A stretch of DNA of 64,000 bases, from contig NC_042998.1 in NCBI RefSeq assembly GCF_006345805.1, positions 147,684,001-147,748,000 on the forward strand. The letters are read 5' to 3'. Positions within the stretch are counted from its first letter, which is position 1; each line of letters begins with the position of its first letter. This stretch comes from Octopus sinensis (Eukaryota). The position numbers were made by a program, and so were the translations under genes. Of this stretch, positions 23,576 to 37,970 are shown one piece after another. The notes beneath the pieces were generated by a model. The model saw nothing but the letters and a program-made list of their open reading frames with translations. It was not told the origin of the DNA and did not search any database.

Positions 23576-24112
23576 TATGGTCACTGTTAGTGTATATGCT
23601 TTCGTTCATGTGCATTAGAGCATTAGAGCAATTTAGCTCTTAGTTCTTGCAATGTAGGTGTTTTTTAAGAACCTAGTCAGATTTAGTAACAATTATAATT
23701 CTCCTTTTTGTTGAAACATTGCAACCTGTTGCTTATATTAATTTTGTGTATATACATTAGTGAATTGCTAAATCATCTATTAATTTGGATGATGGAAACA
23801 TAATAGAAAAACAGATCTGGAAAGAGCTGAACACTGAGTGGGCTTAACTGAGGAGGCAACAGAAGTTGGCAAAACTGATGCCAGTCTTAAGAAATTCGCT
23901 GTTGGCATTTTATATATATTTATATATATGCAGATTATGCATCCACTACACTCTCGGAGTGGTTGGCATTAGGAAGGGCATCCAGCTGTAGAAACACTGC
24001 CAGATCTGACTGGCCTGGTGCAGCCTTCGGGCTTGCCAGACCCCAGTTGAACCGTCCAACCCATGCTAGTATGGAAAGCGGACGTTAAACGATGATGATG
24101 ATGATGATGATG

Positions 24113-24150
<38 letters not shown>

Positions 24151-24892
24151 TTACCTATTTTGGTAAGTGCATGTGTGTGTGTATGTGCAGGAATGTATAC
24201 ATACACAGATATGAATATAGACAAGAAAAAAAGGGCCAAAAAGAGAGAGGAAAGTGAGGAGAAAAGGGAATAAGCAAAATAATGTATAAAGTGTAATATT
24301 GCCATTAAGGGATGATGGAGAGAGAGAGCTTCTCATCATTCATGGTCTGCATTGTAAATTCATAGGGATCAACCTGCCAGAAAAATGACATCAATGGGAT
24401 TCTACTTAATTTTAAGAGACATGGAAGATGGATTTTATTTGATAGCAAGATGATATGGTTTGGCATCATTTGGTTGGGGCTTATAGATATACATACATAT
24501 ATACATATACATGCATACGTATACACATAAATATATACATATATATATAGTCTAGTGATCTATCATAGCAATTACCGGTCAGAGGGGTCACATAGGAGAG
24601 CTAGGGAGAAGGGGAGATAATAAAGTAGTGGTGATCCCAAAACGAAGGTGCACATGTATGTGAAAAAGAGTTTGTATATGCGTGTGGAAGAGGGCTGGTG
24701 ATCTTGACGTGTGCGTGGTGGTGTGTTGTGATGTGAAGTGTTGTGTGGTATGGTGGTATAAGGTGTAGTGGTGTGTGGTGTGGTGTGATGGTGTTAGGAG
24801 GGGGAAGCGAGAGTGGGGAAGGCAAGGCTGGGATAGAGGTGGGTATATTGGAGTGGGTGTAAAGGATGGGGTGGGGTGAGATGTGTGGGATG

Positions 24893-24929
<37 letters not shown>

Positions 24930-25019
24930 AAAAGTACCTGTTTGCATGAAAGAGGCGTTAAAACCCTCCAAAACCATGCATCTCTCACTATATGTAAACA
25001 TACACAGAGAATTTAGCAA

Positions 25020-25900
25020 ACATATTTCTCCAAAATAGTCCTCCCATTTGTAAGATACATTTAGTAAAATACAAATAAGATCATAGATATCTTAGTATCA
25101 ATAGATTTTGCTTTTTAAACCAATTTCAAATAGTATAAGCCATGAGAGTTGTGTGTTGTCATTCTAGAAGATTGCATTGCCACCAGAGAACAGTGTTTAT
25201 ACCACAGAATGGACATGATCAATCAAAATACTCAGACAATTCTTGGTGTTAACTCTGCCATGTAGAACAACTTAAAGGCCAAGAGAATTCCCTGATAAGG
25301 TTGCCCAAATTATCATAGAATCACATCCATGCTTCACAGTAGTGGGGGAAAATACCCATCGTTGAAGGCTTCTTTGGCTCTCTCCAGACATAAACCTACC
25401 CTGAAGTGAAGGAAAGGGTGAATGCTGATTCATCTGAAAAGGTGACATTGTTCCATTGTGTCTTGGCACCATCTTTTATGCTTATGAAGAAGAAGGACAG
25501 GGGAGATTTAATAGTTGCAAACACACACCCCACACTACTTCATGGTACAGAGCTTATGATATACAGTTTTGGTAGGCAAGATGGTGGCTTAGCTTTGTTT
25601 TTACTTTTGCTGCCATAGTTCAATGGTTTTTAGACACAATACATTTCACTATTCTGCAGTCTGCTGTACACTTAGCCTTCTTTTCAGAATTATGTATATC
25701 AGAGCTGATTTTGCCTTCTCATCCTGGAATGCCAACATGATTTTAAACACTGTACTTTTTTGAAAAATTAAACAATTCAGTACTGTTACTGACTGAAGCT
25801 CCAGCCATCTGTGCTCCAACAATGTGTTTTCTTTGGAAATCAAATAGGTCATACATTTCACCTTATTACATACATTTCACCTCTGCAAGAAAAGAAGAAA
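25020..25900 (-). pseudogene. Decayed Tc1-like transposase
   Basis: Minus-strand remnants: VTFSDESAF-like segment and TTVKHGCDSMIIWA. Confidence 0.7.
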
Positions 25901-26619
25901 AGCAGAAGTTTCATGTTTCTATTGAGTAAGAAATTATCTAGTGCACACCAAAATATGTGTATTTTTCTTCAAATGGTATGTTTATGCATTATACATTATG
26001 ATTCTATTCTGTTTTCTTTCAAGAAAAAATATAAATAAATATAATGATGGGGAGAATGTTTTTGCTAGCCCTTTCACATTTTTTTCCTGTAAATTTTGAG
26101 CTTCAACTTTCTTATGAAAAATTGTTTTCAAATTTATGTTTTACCTCCTAAAATTGTGCTTCTTTGAAATATTCCAAACTTGTTTAAGCATAAATCTGAA
26201 AAAAAAAAGATTTGAAGTAAAAAACCAGAAGATTATGGACTCTAGAGGGGAGAATATGCCTAAAATTTTTTTTTACCGAATCATAATATCTGGTGCTTAA
26301 AACTTATACACATGAACAGATTATGATTTTTGACACATTAAATAATTTCTGACTCGATTCTATAAGAACATCTTTGGACAAAATTGATAATGAGTCAAGA
26401 GGGAGAGTCATAAAGTTGGTATGTATCTTCAGTTCCAGGAGTTTTAATTGGCTGACAGAGGAATTCTTTAGCACTCTTACCTGGATAAAATATAAAGCTA
26501 TAGCAATTATATTTCCTAGAACTTCTATTCTTCCATTCCTTGACATTTTAAAAGAATGTTGAAGTAGGTAGAATTAAGTGTCTCTTGTGACAATCTGGAA
26601 CCAAGAAGAAAGAAGAAAA

Positions 26620-26629
26620 GGGGAAGTAG

Positions 26630-26660
<31 letters not shown>

Positions 26661-26892
26661 TAGTAGTAGTAGTAGCAGCAGCAGCAGCAGCAGTAGTAAT
26701 GCTAATTGTAGTAGTGGTGGAGGTGGAGGTATTGGTTTTGATGATGGCAGTGATGATGGTTAAAGGTGGTGTTGGTGACAGTATTGGTGACAGTGGAGGG
26801 GGTGGTAATAGGGGGTGATGGCAGTGGTGATGGTGGTGGTGGTGGTGCTTGTAGTGGCAGTCGTGGTGTTGTTGTTGGTGGTGTAAGTAGTG

Positions 26893-26935
<43 letters not shown>

Positions 26936-27000
26936 CAGCAGCAGCAGCAGTAATAGTGGTAGCAGTGGTGGTGATTGTAGTGACAGCATGGTAACCAAGT
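26620..27000. repeat. Compound (TAG)n/(CAG)n/(GGT)n trinucleotide tract
   Basis: Direct reading. Confidence 0.9.
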
Positions 27001-27819
27001 CCTTTCAAAGTGTTTATTCAAGAAGGGGTGTGGTTATTTTTTAATCCTGATTGGCCATTGAAGCAGATCTGGTAGAATACATCAAGCTCTAAACTTCAAA
27101 GGAACAGGTTAACCACACTTTAATACATTTATATAGGCAAAGAGAACCACCACTATAGTACCCTCCTCTTTCTCTCACACTCTCCTTCTCATCCATTTTA
27201 TGTCTTCTGTAAAGAAATAAAGAAATCCCTCCTTTAATTTTGCTCTTGAATACTTCTTCTTCTTTTTCTTCTTCTTCTTCTTCTTCTTCTTCTTCTTCTT
27301 CTTCTTCTTCTTCTTTTCCCTCCTCTTCCTTCTTCTCTCTCTCTCCTTCTTCTTAACCTCTTTCCACTTCTTTTCCTCCTCCTCCTTCTTGTGCTGCTAC
27401 TGTTGATACTGTCACTATCACTGATACTGCAGCACAGTTTGTAATGTGTGTGTGTGTGTTTGTGTCCCTCTTTAGTGTATGTATTTAGTGTATGTTATCA
27501 AGAATGGCATCTTAACCAATGAATGAAATAAGCAGCAGGCTAAAATAAGTCCTGAGGTTGCTATGATTGGCTGAAAACAACCAAGGAATTGGACTGTGAT
27601 CATATTGGCCATGGTCCATGCATGCATACATAATACATACATACATACATACATACATACATACATACATACATACATACATACATACAGTGCAAGTAGC
27701 CATGCTTCTCCACAACAATAAGCCTGCCCCTACTCTTCCTATCATATTTTAACTTCTCAACACCCCTTTTAAAGAAACCACTCTATCTTGAGCAGATCCT
27801 TCTTTCTTACAAGTTACAA

Positions 27820-28345
27820 AGTGACTTCACTAGTGCTGGTGTTATGATAAAAGCACCCAGTACACTCTGTAAAATGGTTGGCATTAGGAAGGACATCCAA
27901 CAATAGGAAGGGCATCAAGCCATAGTGAGGGCATCCAGCCAAAGAAGAGCAACCAAATCAAAACTGAAGTACTGGAGCAAGACTAAGTCCTCTGATTCAT
28001 TGAGCTCAGTCAAAACGTCCAACCCATGCTAGCATGGAAAGTAGACGTAAGAATGATGATGATAGACCATCAGCATTAGTGGGTTTGTGAGACTATAAAC
28101 CACCTTTCTCAGAGTTCATAGACTTGCACGGTTCATGGCAGACTCTGTTAGTGATGGTGTGATGAAAAAAGCACCCAGTGCACTCTGTGGAGTGGTTGCC
28201 ATTAGGAAGGACATTCAACCATAAAAGCTATACCAAGACAGGGAAGCACAATGTAGTCCATGAACCTGCTAGATCCTGTAGAATGTCCAACCCATGCTGT
28301 CATAGAACATATACATTAAATGATGACTGATGATGGTGATGAAAG
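27820..28345 (+). mobile_element. Two old tandem RTE 3'-tail fragments
   Basis: AAAAGCACCCAGT.CACTCTGT...TTAGGAAGGACAT...GTCCAACCCATGC occurs twice. Confidence 0.7.
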
Positions 28346-28689
28346 TCTATGTCAATGTGTGTGTGAGTGTGAGTTTGCATGCACATGTGCGTGTGTGTGT
28401 GTGTGTGTGTGCGTGTGTGTGTGTGTGTGTGCGTGCATGAGTGTCTTTCCATTTTCTGCTGATAATTCTCGAATCTTCTTCTTCATCATCATCAACATTT
28501 TAGCACCAACTTTTTCATGCTTGCATGGCTCAAATGGAATTCACTGAGGCAGATATTCTATGGTTGGCAGCACTTCCTGCGACAGCTTCTAAGTAAAGTA
28601 TTTTTCCCCATGACAAAACAAACAATGTCACCTGTATGTTTATGTTTACAACCATCACATGATGTCAAAACAAGGGTACCCACAAACAC

Positions 28690-28812
28690 ACACACACATA
28701 CATATATGTCTCCATCTACCAAATGTACTCATTACTGTGCAGTGGGACTGAACTTGAGACAATATGTCTGAGATTCAAGTTTTTTAACCACACAGCCACA
28801 TCTGCTCCTATT
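28690..28812 (-). mobile_element. SINE family A head, decayed
   Basis: GTGGGACTGAAC...TTTTTAACCACACAGCCACATCTGC. Confidence 0.65.
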
Positions 28813-28830
28813 ATATTTAATCCAATATTT

Positions 28831-29125
28831 GAAGGAGCATGGCTCAGTGGTTAGAGTTCAATTCCTAGACCAGGTGGTGTGTTGTGTTCTTGAGCAAGAC
28901 ACTTTATTTCACGTTGCTCCAGTTCACTCAGCAGTAGAAATGAGTTGCAAAGTCATTGGTGCCAAGCTGTATTGGCCTTTGCCTTTCCCTTGGATAACAT
29001 CAGTGGAACGGAGAGGAGAAGCTGGTATGCATGGGTGACTACTGGTCTTCCATAAACAACCTTATCTGGACTTGTGCCTCTGAAGGGAACTTTCTAGGTG
29101 CAATTCCATAGACATTCATGACCAA
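28831..29125 (+). mobile_element. tRNA-derived SINE family B (MetaSINE-like core), head partly deleted
   Basis: TGGCTCAGTGG A-box; GTGTTGTGTTCTTGAGCAAGACACTTTATTTCAC; colinear with 44025-44360. Confidence 0.85.
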
Positions 29126-30164
29126 AATGGGTCTTTATACTATGAAAAAAGAAGAATCCTATTTGGCCATATGTAAGGAGTTCACCTCTGTAAAAGTTTA
29201 CCTTCAACTTCTGTATCCTGTTTTCATGACCCAATAAGAGACAAAGAAAGAAGGAGAGAGAGGGAGGTGGTAGAAAGAGCAAAAACAATTATGTTTTTGC
29301 TTGGCCTGCTAAAAATAACAGTGAAATGTCTTTCAAATTACACCTTCCAGACTTGGAAAAAATGTGATCATAAACACATTGTATTTGAAAAATAAAAATG
29401 CCAACAAGATTGCCATGGTTAGAATGATTTTAGATCATGTGATGGCTAAGGGCTAAACAGCAATAACAACAATAACAATAATAACAACAATAACAAGAAG
29501 ATCCTGTTTACTTGTTTAGTAATGTTTTTGATCTTTAATTCGTATAGTGGATGTATGTTTGTGTATGAGTGTGTGTGCGTTTATATGAGGGTGTATGTGT
29601 GTGCTTGTGTGTGTAAATGTCTTTGTGTGTACATCTGTGTATTCAACAATGAAATCATAGGTACACAAAAGAAAATGATAGACTATTTTGTGTAGTGTGC
29701 GGCAGAAAAATCTTCCTAAATTCATTATTGTTGATATATAAAATATGGGAAGTTTTTCTGCTGCATTCTGTATCAACTCACAAAAGGTTGGTTATTAATT
29801 GTTATGTTGAGGTTTATAAATTCAGATTTGATCACAACAAGTTTTATGTTGTACTTATAGACATGACACATTTTTCATTGTCTTTTCCATTGCCTTTCTT
29901 TCTCTCTGCCTATCCCAGTTTAAATAAGTATCAATTATGTTTCACTGTTGAAAACTTCAAATATCTTCTCTGATCAATCAATAAATAAAAGAAACGATGG
30001 TCATAGATGGAATGTCTTTGAACCTAGGTCTACTAAACAAGGGTGGTCTGAGTTTAAACAACAGCAATTAATGCAAATACGCAGAATCAACGAAACGAAA
30101 TGAGTAAATATAAAGTAGTTTCTGAAAGAAGAGTGTTGTAGTTTGCTTTGAAGCATTGAGAAAT

Positions 30165-30196
<32 letters not shown>

Positions 30197-30209
30197 AGAA
30201 ACTACTACA

Positions 30210-30447
30210 AAGGTGGTTAGCTGGCAGAATCATTAGCACGCCGGGTGAAATGCTTAGCAGTATTTCATCTGCCACTACATTCTGAGTTCAAATTCCGCCG
30301 AGGTCGACATAGCCTTTCATCCTTACGGGGTCGATAAATTAAGTACCAGTTATGCACTGGGGTCGATGTAATTGACTTCATCCCTTTGTCTGTCCTTGTT
30401 TGTCTCTTCTGTGTTTAGCCCCTTATGGGCAATAAAGAAATAAGAAA
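30210..30447 (+). mobile_element. tRNA-derived SINE family C
   Basis: GAGTTCAAATTCC B-box; GCCTTTCATCC.T.CGGGGTCGATAAATTAAGTACCAG core; related copy at 51199. Confidence 0.8.
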
Positions 30448-30899
30448 TTACCACCATGACCACCACCACGGCCACCACCACAGCCACCACCACAAACACC
30501 ACCATGAGTACAACGACAACGACAATGACCACTACCACTGTCATTATCACCATCATCATCATCTTTATCATAGCTGCTGCTGCCATTGCCACCACCACAA
30601 CCTGTTTCTTTATTTGGCACCATGGCCACTAACACAGAGGGGGACACTACAAGGACAGACACAACACCACAGTGGGGACGATAAACATAAAACGAATGAG
30701 GATGAATATTATATAAAAATGGAAAAAGGAAATGGCAGCATGGGCCCTACTCCTCATGCAGTACCATTTGAATGTTTATACACACTATATTACAATCCTG
30801 CTATTTTGTCTCTTGATTTTTTCTTAATCATCATTTTTTCCCCCTCTTTTTCCTTCGAAACACTTTTTCCTTTCTTTTCCCCCTTTTTTTTTTGTTTCT

Positions 30900-32520
30900 T
30901 TTAACAAAGTAATTTTATTTTCTCTTCTCCCCGCCCACCTTCTTTTTAATGCCTCCTATAAGGCTCCACATCTCTAAGTTCAACAACAGGTGGCAGTTCA
31001 TCGAACTCTACAAATACTCTGGGTGGGTCAATCTTGTTTCAGCACATGTTTACTAGTCTATTGTATGTTTCTTTGTTGACCACAATGGACTTTACTTTTT
31101 CTGAGTATACATTCCTGGGCAACTTCACTCTTATGATATGCTTAAATTTCACAATTCTTCTTTCCACCTCCTTGTTTTTGGCATATGTTACAAAGTTCCA
31201 TTTATCCTTTCCTCCTCTTGGTTTTCTCCTTTCTACTTCTATTTCTGATGGTTTTACCTTTTCTGTCTCTCCTCTTAACAATGTCTCTAGATCACCCTCA
31301 TCTTCTATTTCTGAAACTTTTTCTTTCTCTGTCTCTACTGTGAACAATCTCTCTATTTCATCCTCATGTAGTTGCACTCCTGAATCTTTCTCCTTCACCA
31401 AATCAGCTGACGTCTTCAACACTGCTTCCTCCTTCTGTAACTCATTCTCGCACACCTTCCCAATTATTTTTTCACTTTCTTTCTCCACCACCCTTTTGTC
31501 TTCCTTCCTTCTGGTCGCATCTTTCCTTCCCACCTCTTCTTTTCTTTTTCTGGTTACCTGGTGGCAGGCTCACTCTTCCACTTCTACTTCTTTTTATTTC
31601 CACTATCGTGAATCCCTCCTCCACTGTTTTCTCTTCCTTCTCCACCTGTACTACCTGTTCCATACTTTCTTGCTTCTACCTCTGTACTCTCTGTGGGCAT
31701 CTCGCCTTCATGTGGCCTTTCTTTCCACATTCAAAACATACAGGCGGCCTGCCCTCTACCTTCCTTCTTAATCTTAAGTCGTCAGGTAGCACTATCTCCT
31801 CCGCAATCCTATTCAAATCTTCTGCTGTTGCCTGGATAATGAGTTCAATCCCATATCCCCAGTAATTGAGTTTTTTAGTTCTTGTGGCCTTCAGTATCTT
31901 GGCCCCATCTTTCATATTGAACATTATGGCTGTCATGAGCCATGCTCTTCTAGTTCTGGGGGTACTTGGCCAACTCGCACTTTGGCCACACGTTTGCCGC
32001 TGTACGACGGCAAAAGTACCCACTCTTCCGATCTTATTGCCTCTGTTGCATGTTTGATTGCCTCCTCCTCTGTCACAACGCGCACATCCACAGTGGCACA
32101 CCTCCTTTCTCTTGCTATAAAAGTTGCTAACTTTTTAATATTTTTTTAACACTTCTATTTTCTCCACTGTTGTAATCTCTATTTTTCTGGTTGCAATTCT
32201 CATAGTTTTATATGTGACTGTTCTTCTCGTTATGCTGTTTGTCAGCTCTGTGGGTGGCGTCAACTTTAATGTCTCTCCATCCTTCTCCAGCAACTTTTCA
32301 CATGCCTACATTTTTCTAGGTTCAACCTTGATTTCAAATGTCTCCAGCGTTTTCTCTTCAGCTCCTTTTCCAGTTGTGGCCGCATAACTGTGGCCGCCCG
32401 CTGGTGTTTTCTCCATTTTCCCTCAATGGGAAAAAATAACACAACAACAATTAACAATATCAACAAACAGCAATAACGAACAATTAATTAATGCTCTACT
32501 CACAAAAAACACTCCGTCTT
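30900..32520 (-). pseudogene. L1/Tx1-like ORF1 (gag-like CCHC knuckle) remnant
   Basis: ORF 31676-32101 ends EGRPPVCFECGKKGHMKARCP, followed by a long Glu/Lys-rich region (31039-31663) with frameshifts; no ORF2 recognisable. Confidence 0.7.
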
Positions 32521-32628
32521 CAACAACTCAACTTCAAAAATAACTCTTATATAGTTATAAATAAAATATATATATATATATATCAACACCACCACCACCA
32601 CCATCATCATCATCATGAACATCATCAA

Positions 32629-32664
<36 letters not shown>

Positions 32665-32699
32665 AGCTGCCGCCACCACCACAAGCATTACCACCACCA

Positions 32700-32900
32700 T
32701 CACCACCATCATCATTCAAAGTCTGTTTTCGATGTTGGCATGGGTTAGACAGTTCCACAGGAATACTTGCACCAATCCCTGCAGTCTGTTTTGGCATGGT
32801 TTCTGGATGCCCTTCCTAATGCCAATCACTTTGCAGAGTGTATTGGATGCTTTTTATATGGCACTAGCAACAGTGAGGTCACCGAATGACTTGCCAGACA
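32700..32900 (-). mobile_element. Old RTE 3'-tail fragment
   Basis: TTGGCATGGGTT...GGATGCCCTTCCTAATGCCAATCACTT. Confidence 0.7.
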
Positions 32901-34419
32901 AAATATCTGAATTGAAGGCAGGATGTAGTACTGAGCAACAAAAGTAAAATAATAAAATAATGAAGACAGAGAGCTACTTGCAATGCAAAACACTGCTTAA
33001 TTTTTTATATTTCTCAGTCATTATAAAGGCACGTGATCTAACGGTTACAGTGTTTGGTTCATGATCATATAATCAAGAGTCCAATTCTGGACTGAGCTGC
33101 ACATTATGTCCTGGAGCATGAGCCTTCCTTTCTCACTTCTCTAGTCTTTTCAGCTGTAATGAGTACCAGTTGGGTACAGATATGCACCCCTCTCTCCTTT
33201 CTGTTATCACATGCTAGATGCTTGAAACTAAGTTGAAAGTGAGGCAGGAAGTAAATACAAGAGAGTATGTTGCTTGTGATTAAAACAATCATCAAAAACA
33301 TCGCACTTGTTGCTAAACCACACTCACTCATGAATAACAACTTGATGTATTCTTATTATTTGATAAATATTGTTATGATAGCACTGTGCTGAAGAGGCCT
33401 AATAAGACTGAAGCATATCAGAAGCTGTCACTCTTACTCACCAAAAATCAGACATATACCATGTCATACAGCCCCTTTCAATTTTGAATTAAGATGGTTT
33501 TTGGAATTGTCTCCCATTTCTTATTACACCAGAATTAATTAATAAACCTAACCATTTTTTGTTGTTGTTATTTGGGGTTTGATCATAATTATTTAATCAT
33601 TTTTATGTGATTCTCTAATTTAACTTTTTCCCCAGCTTTACTATATGTTCTTCATGCAAAAGGCATCCCTGGTGATGATGATGATGATGATGATGGTGGT
33701 GTTGGTGGTGGTGGTGATACTGTCAGTGATCGAGAATATGATGATGATGATGATAATGATGATGATGATGATGGTTGTGATGATGATGATGACAATGGCA
33801 TCATTGCATCATTGCATCTTGACAACAACAATGATAACGATGATGATGGTGTTGGTGAAGATTCTATATTCTCCCATCCACTCTACTTCACTTCCCCATA
33901 AACCAACTGCCTCTGATTTTAAAATATTCTTTAGACCACTACTTTGCATGACAATGGAACAGATAAGATCACAATAGCATTTAAAATAGAAACAATTAAT
34001 TTTAGAATTTTATCCAAAATCTCATTAAAACTTTTGTAGTTTAATTAATCGAACAAACTCAATGAACTAGATAAAGTTATTCTGGAAGTTTTGAGTAATT
34101 CTAGGCAGGTCTGAGGTAAAATAAGGTGTTAACTGAATAATAAAGGGTAAGTTTATATATTTTCTAACTATGTTTGTGAAGTTACAGGTCTAGATTCTCT
34201 TAATATTATGTAGAGGCAAATTTTCAATGGGTAAAATTAGAATTTGCTCTTTTTATAACAGACAAGTTGACACAATTTGTTAATTTTACAATTTGCCCAT
34301 TTGACAATCTGTCCAATTTACAATGGGTAACATCACAATTTGTCCATTTAACAATCATCATCATCATCATCACCACCACCACCATCACCACCACCACCAC
34401 CACCACCACCACCACCATC

Positions 34420-34640
34420 ATCATCATCATTACTGTTTAATGTTTGTGTTCCATGGGTTGCACAGTCTGACTGGATCTGATGGGCCTAAGGACTGCATTG
34501 TGCTCCAGTGTCTCCTTTGACATAGTTTCTACAGCTGGATGCCCTTCTTAGTGACAACCACTTTATGTATGGGGTGTTTTTATATTTTGTGGCACCAAGA
34601 TTTATGAGGTTGCCATGTAGCTTGCAAGACTATGGATCCT
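34420..34640 (-). mobile_element. Old RTE 3'-tail fragment
   Basis: (CAT)n followed by GTTTAATGT...CCATGGGTTG...CAGCTGGATGCCCTTC. Confidence 0.7.
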
Positions 34641-35339
34641 GAGTGGAGAGAGGCAACTTTTATGCTAAGGGGATAAGGAGTGGAGAAGGGTAAGGTATGG
34701 GAGAGAGGGCCAGAGCAGGATGGATTTCTTGTTGTAGAGGAGTGATAAGATATCTACATGTTAGAAGAGAGGATGGAAAAGGGTGGAGCTGGAATTTGAT
34801 GTAAGTGATGATGAAGTGTCAGAGTGAACCTAGAAAATCCACTTTGTCCAATTATATGGATTTGCACATGTAAAATAAATAAGCAATTATTCTTAACTCA
34901 GGCAAACACAAGAAAAACATAAAACAGCAAAAGACAAGTGATGATAATAGCAACAACAAATGTTTATGTGATGGTCATTGATGTACAGGTACAATTATTA
35001 GTGTTATTTTAGTTTAGCCCTTAGTCAAACTTGATTGAACAGATATATGATCAAAGGTGTTCAAGCTGTAACAATTCCATCTTCTTCTTCAGACATAGTA
35101 TATCTAGGACTACATTATTTAATGTGTCCTCTTATTTCTTTTTTTAAATGGTTAGGCATAGTATATAAGAGATTAGGCTGTTATTTCAAGCAAGTCAAGC
35201 AGCTATACACTTTATGGTTAGCTTTTGTAAGACTGTTGCTGCTGTTGATGATTAATCCCAAGTAAAGTCTGACCAAAAGTATTCTAACCCTAACAGCTTT
35301 ACAATTTTTACAATAGGGTTATCTAGAACTTGTCATCAT

Positions 35340-35990
35340 CATCATTATCATCGTCATCAACAGTTAACATCTGTTTTCCATGGGTTGGACGGCTTGACAG
35401 GAACTGACAACACTAGTGGCCACACCAGGTTCTGTAGTCTGTTTTGGTTTGGTTTCTACAGCTGGATGCCCTTCCTAATGCCAACCACTTTACAGAGTGT
35501 ACTGGCTGCTTTCTATGTGGCACCATCACCAGTGTTTTTTTACATGGCACCATGCTTTTTATGTGGCACCAGCACTCACATCAACGCTTTTCACATGGCA
35601 CTTGGTTTTTGGATATCAATTCTGTTGTAGTGAACAGATCTTCCTGAGTACAGCAGTGCACCACATATCTTGGTCCTTTGTCATTTCCTTCATAAGACAC
35701 AGCATTTTGAGATCAGCCTTCAATACTTCCTGGGTTTCCTTCTTCCACTACCTCCCTCCATTTTAAGAGATCAGCACTTCTTTACGCAACTGTGCTCATC
35801 CATCTGCATCACATGACCAAACCAGCACAGTCTCCTCTCTTGCACACTGTATATAATTCTTCTTATGCCCAACTTTTTCAATACACCAGTAGTCTGTTGC
35901 ACATGCACATGAACATTGCACATCAAGTGGAGCATACCAGCTTCTTTTCTCTCTAGTGTATACATGTCTTCTATATTCAGGGCCCACATT
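35340..35990 (-). mobile_element. Decayed RTE 3' end with residual ORF2
   Basis: ORF 35771-35989 (EAGMLHLMCNV...VQERRLCWFGHV..MDEHSCVKKC) plus 3' tail. Confidence 0.8.
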
Positions 35991-36269
35991 ATCGACTTTA
36001 ATGTGCCCTTCCCGTTCTTTAAAGCATTAATGCATGATTTAATGGAAATTTAGCTGCCATTTTTAGCAAATCTAGTGACAATAAATTTACTCATTCCCCT
36101 ATGAAGAACGCAATAATATTAATTGAAGGAGTTTTCAAATATATCACAACTACTGATGCATTCACACACTCTGCTAAATGTAAGGAACCATGTAGCTCTT
36201 CTGCTCTGTTCCCTTCTTTCATACTTTAACCTCTCATTTGCTACTATAAGGCAAACCTTCCCTTGGGGT

Positions 36270-36460
36270 TCATTGTTTTGCAAGTTGCATGGTGACCTGA
36301 CTAGAGCTAGTGGCATAGGAAAAGCATCCAGTTAATATGAGGAAGGGCATCAAGCTATAGAAACCATAGCAAAGCAGACACTGGAGCATGATGTGGCCCT
36401 TTGTACCCATCAGATCCTGTGAAACCATCCGGCTCATGTCAGTATAGGGCATGATGTTAG
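36270..36460 (+). mobile_element. Old RTE 3'-tail fragment
   Basis: GGAAGGGCATCAAGC...AAACCATCCGGCTCATG. Confidence 0.6.
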
Positions 36461-36499
36461 ATAATGTAAAGAAAAAGACCCTGTGTCTAATAAGAATAA

Positions 36500-36810
36500 T
36501 CAATAATAAGGGTGTTCATGACAATAATGATGGCGATGATGAATATGAAGATGGTGGTTGTAGTGATGGTTGTGACTGTAGTGGTGATGACAACAATGAT
36601 GTTGATGATGACACTAAAGATGAGAATGACGATGATAATGATGGTGATTGATGATAATGATAATGATGATGATGATGATGATGATGATAATAATGATGAC
36701 GATGATTATGATGATGATGATGAATGCAATGATGATGGTGACAATAATGATGATGGCGACAATAATGATGATGGTGCTCTTAACAATGACGATAATGAAG
36801 ATAATGATGA
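36500..36810. repeat. (GAT)n-rich low-complexity tract
   Basis: Direct reading. Confidence 0.9.
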
Positions 36811-37247
36811 AACAGTCCGCACAAAAGAGTTGTATACAGAGAACTATGTGTTTTTCAATATTTCATTCAACATGGCAGAACAATGGATGAATGTATCTCG
36901 ATTCAATTATTGATAAAAATCAATAGCTCATTATTGTTAGTAAAGTGGTGGTGGTGGTGGTTGCAGTGAAGGAGGAGAAGATGGTGGTGGTGGTGGTGGT
37001 GGTGGTGGTTGCAGTGAAGGAGGAGAAGATGGTGGTGGTGATGGTGGTGATGGAATGAATATTTTTATAGTATTAGGTACATTTAGGCTGGGCGACTGTC
37101 CTTTACTACAGAGTTTCTTTGACCAGAATGAAAAGTTATGCATCGCCTGGTCCAGCTACAGCAGACGAGGTTTATTGCTTATTTACCAGTAAAGCATAAA
37201 ATATGTATAATTTGTCTTTATATCCATGTGTGTGGTGTGTGTGTGTA

Positions 37248-37463
<216 letters not shown>

Positions 37464-37910
37464 ATAATATATAAATACATGCACACACACACACACATGT
37501 ATATATTTCATTTTGAGATTTGGCTTGCATGATTCTTTATGTGAGTTTGTGTGTTGAAGCATATTCTGTTGTGTCTTGGGAGAGTCATTCTCTTTCCATG
37601 TCTTATAATTTAATACACTCACCGGTAAAATTTCCACTCATTTCCGTCTATATTTTTCAAAAGTTTCCATTGCGTCTTGCAACCTCATCAATACTTTTAA
37701 TTATATGTATGTATGAACATGCACGCTTACGCGATTGCTATGAACATTTTTATTCCATTACCTTTACTCCCTCCCCTTAGCGGTCATTCTAATAGCTCTT
37801 TTGTCTTAATAACGATCAATCACACAGTAATTTCCCTTTGTTTAACGGTCATTTTCATAGCATATTTTTCGATGGCCCGATAACTGAACTGTCACGTATT
37901 ATATTTACAG

Positions 37911-37965
<55 letters not shown>

Positions 37966-37970
37966 ATATA

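Larger units (their letters stand above)
22150..24148. repeat. Direct tandem duplication of a ~1.0-kb block
   Basis: Period ~999 nt (identical ORF segments at 22271 and 23270); non-microsatellite sequence appears identical; breakpoints lie in (TA)n. Confidence 0.9.

Noticed and set aside
24700-24895. G/T-rich tract with possible G-quadruplex runs
   Set aside because: Low-complexity sequence with irregular G-tracts and no supporting context
26304-26546. 80-aa minus-strand ORF or possible terminal exon after TTTTATCCAG
   Set aside because: Two open frames, no recognisable domain and no linked exons, so it cannot be supported
31034-31771. 245-aa Ser/Phe-rich plus-strand ORF
   Set aside because: It is the antisense shadow of the Glu/Lys-rich ORF1 remnant
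33104-33340. 78-aa minus-strand ORF with a hydrophobic N-terminus
   Set aside because: No homology recognised; the length is compatible with chance in this composition
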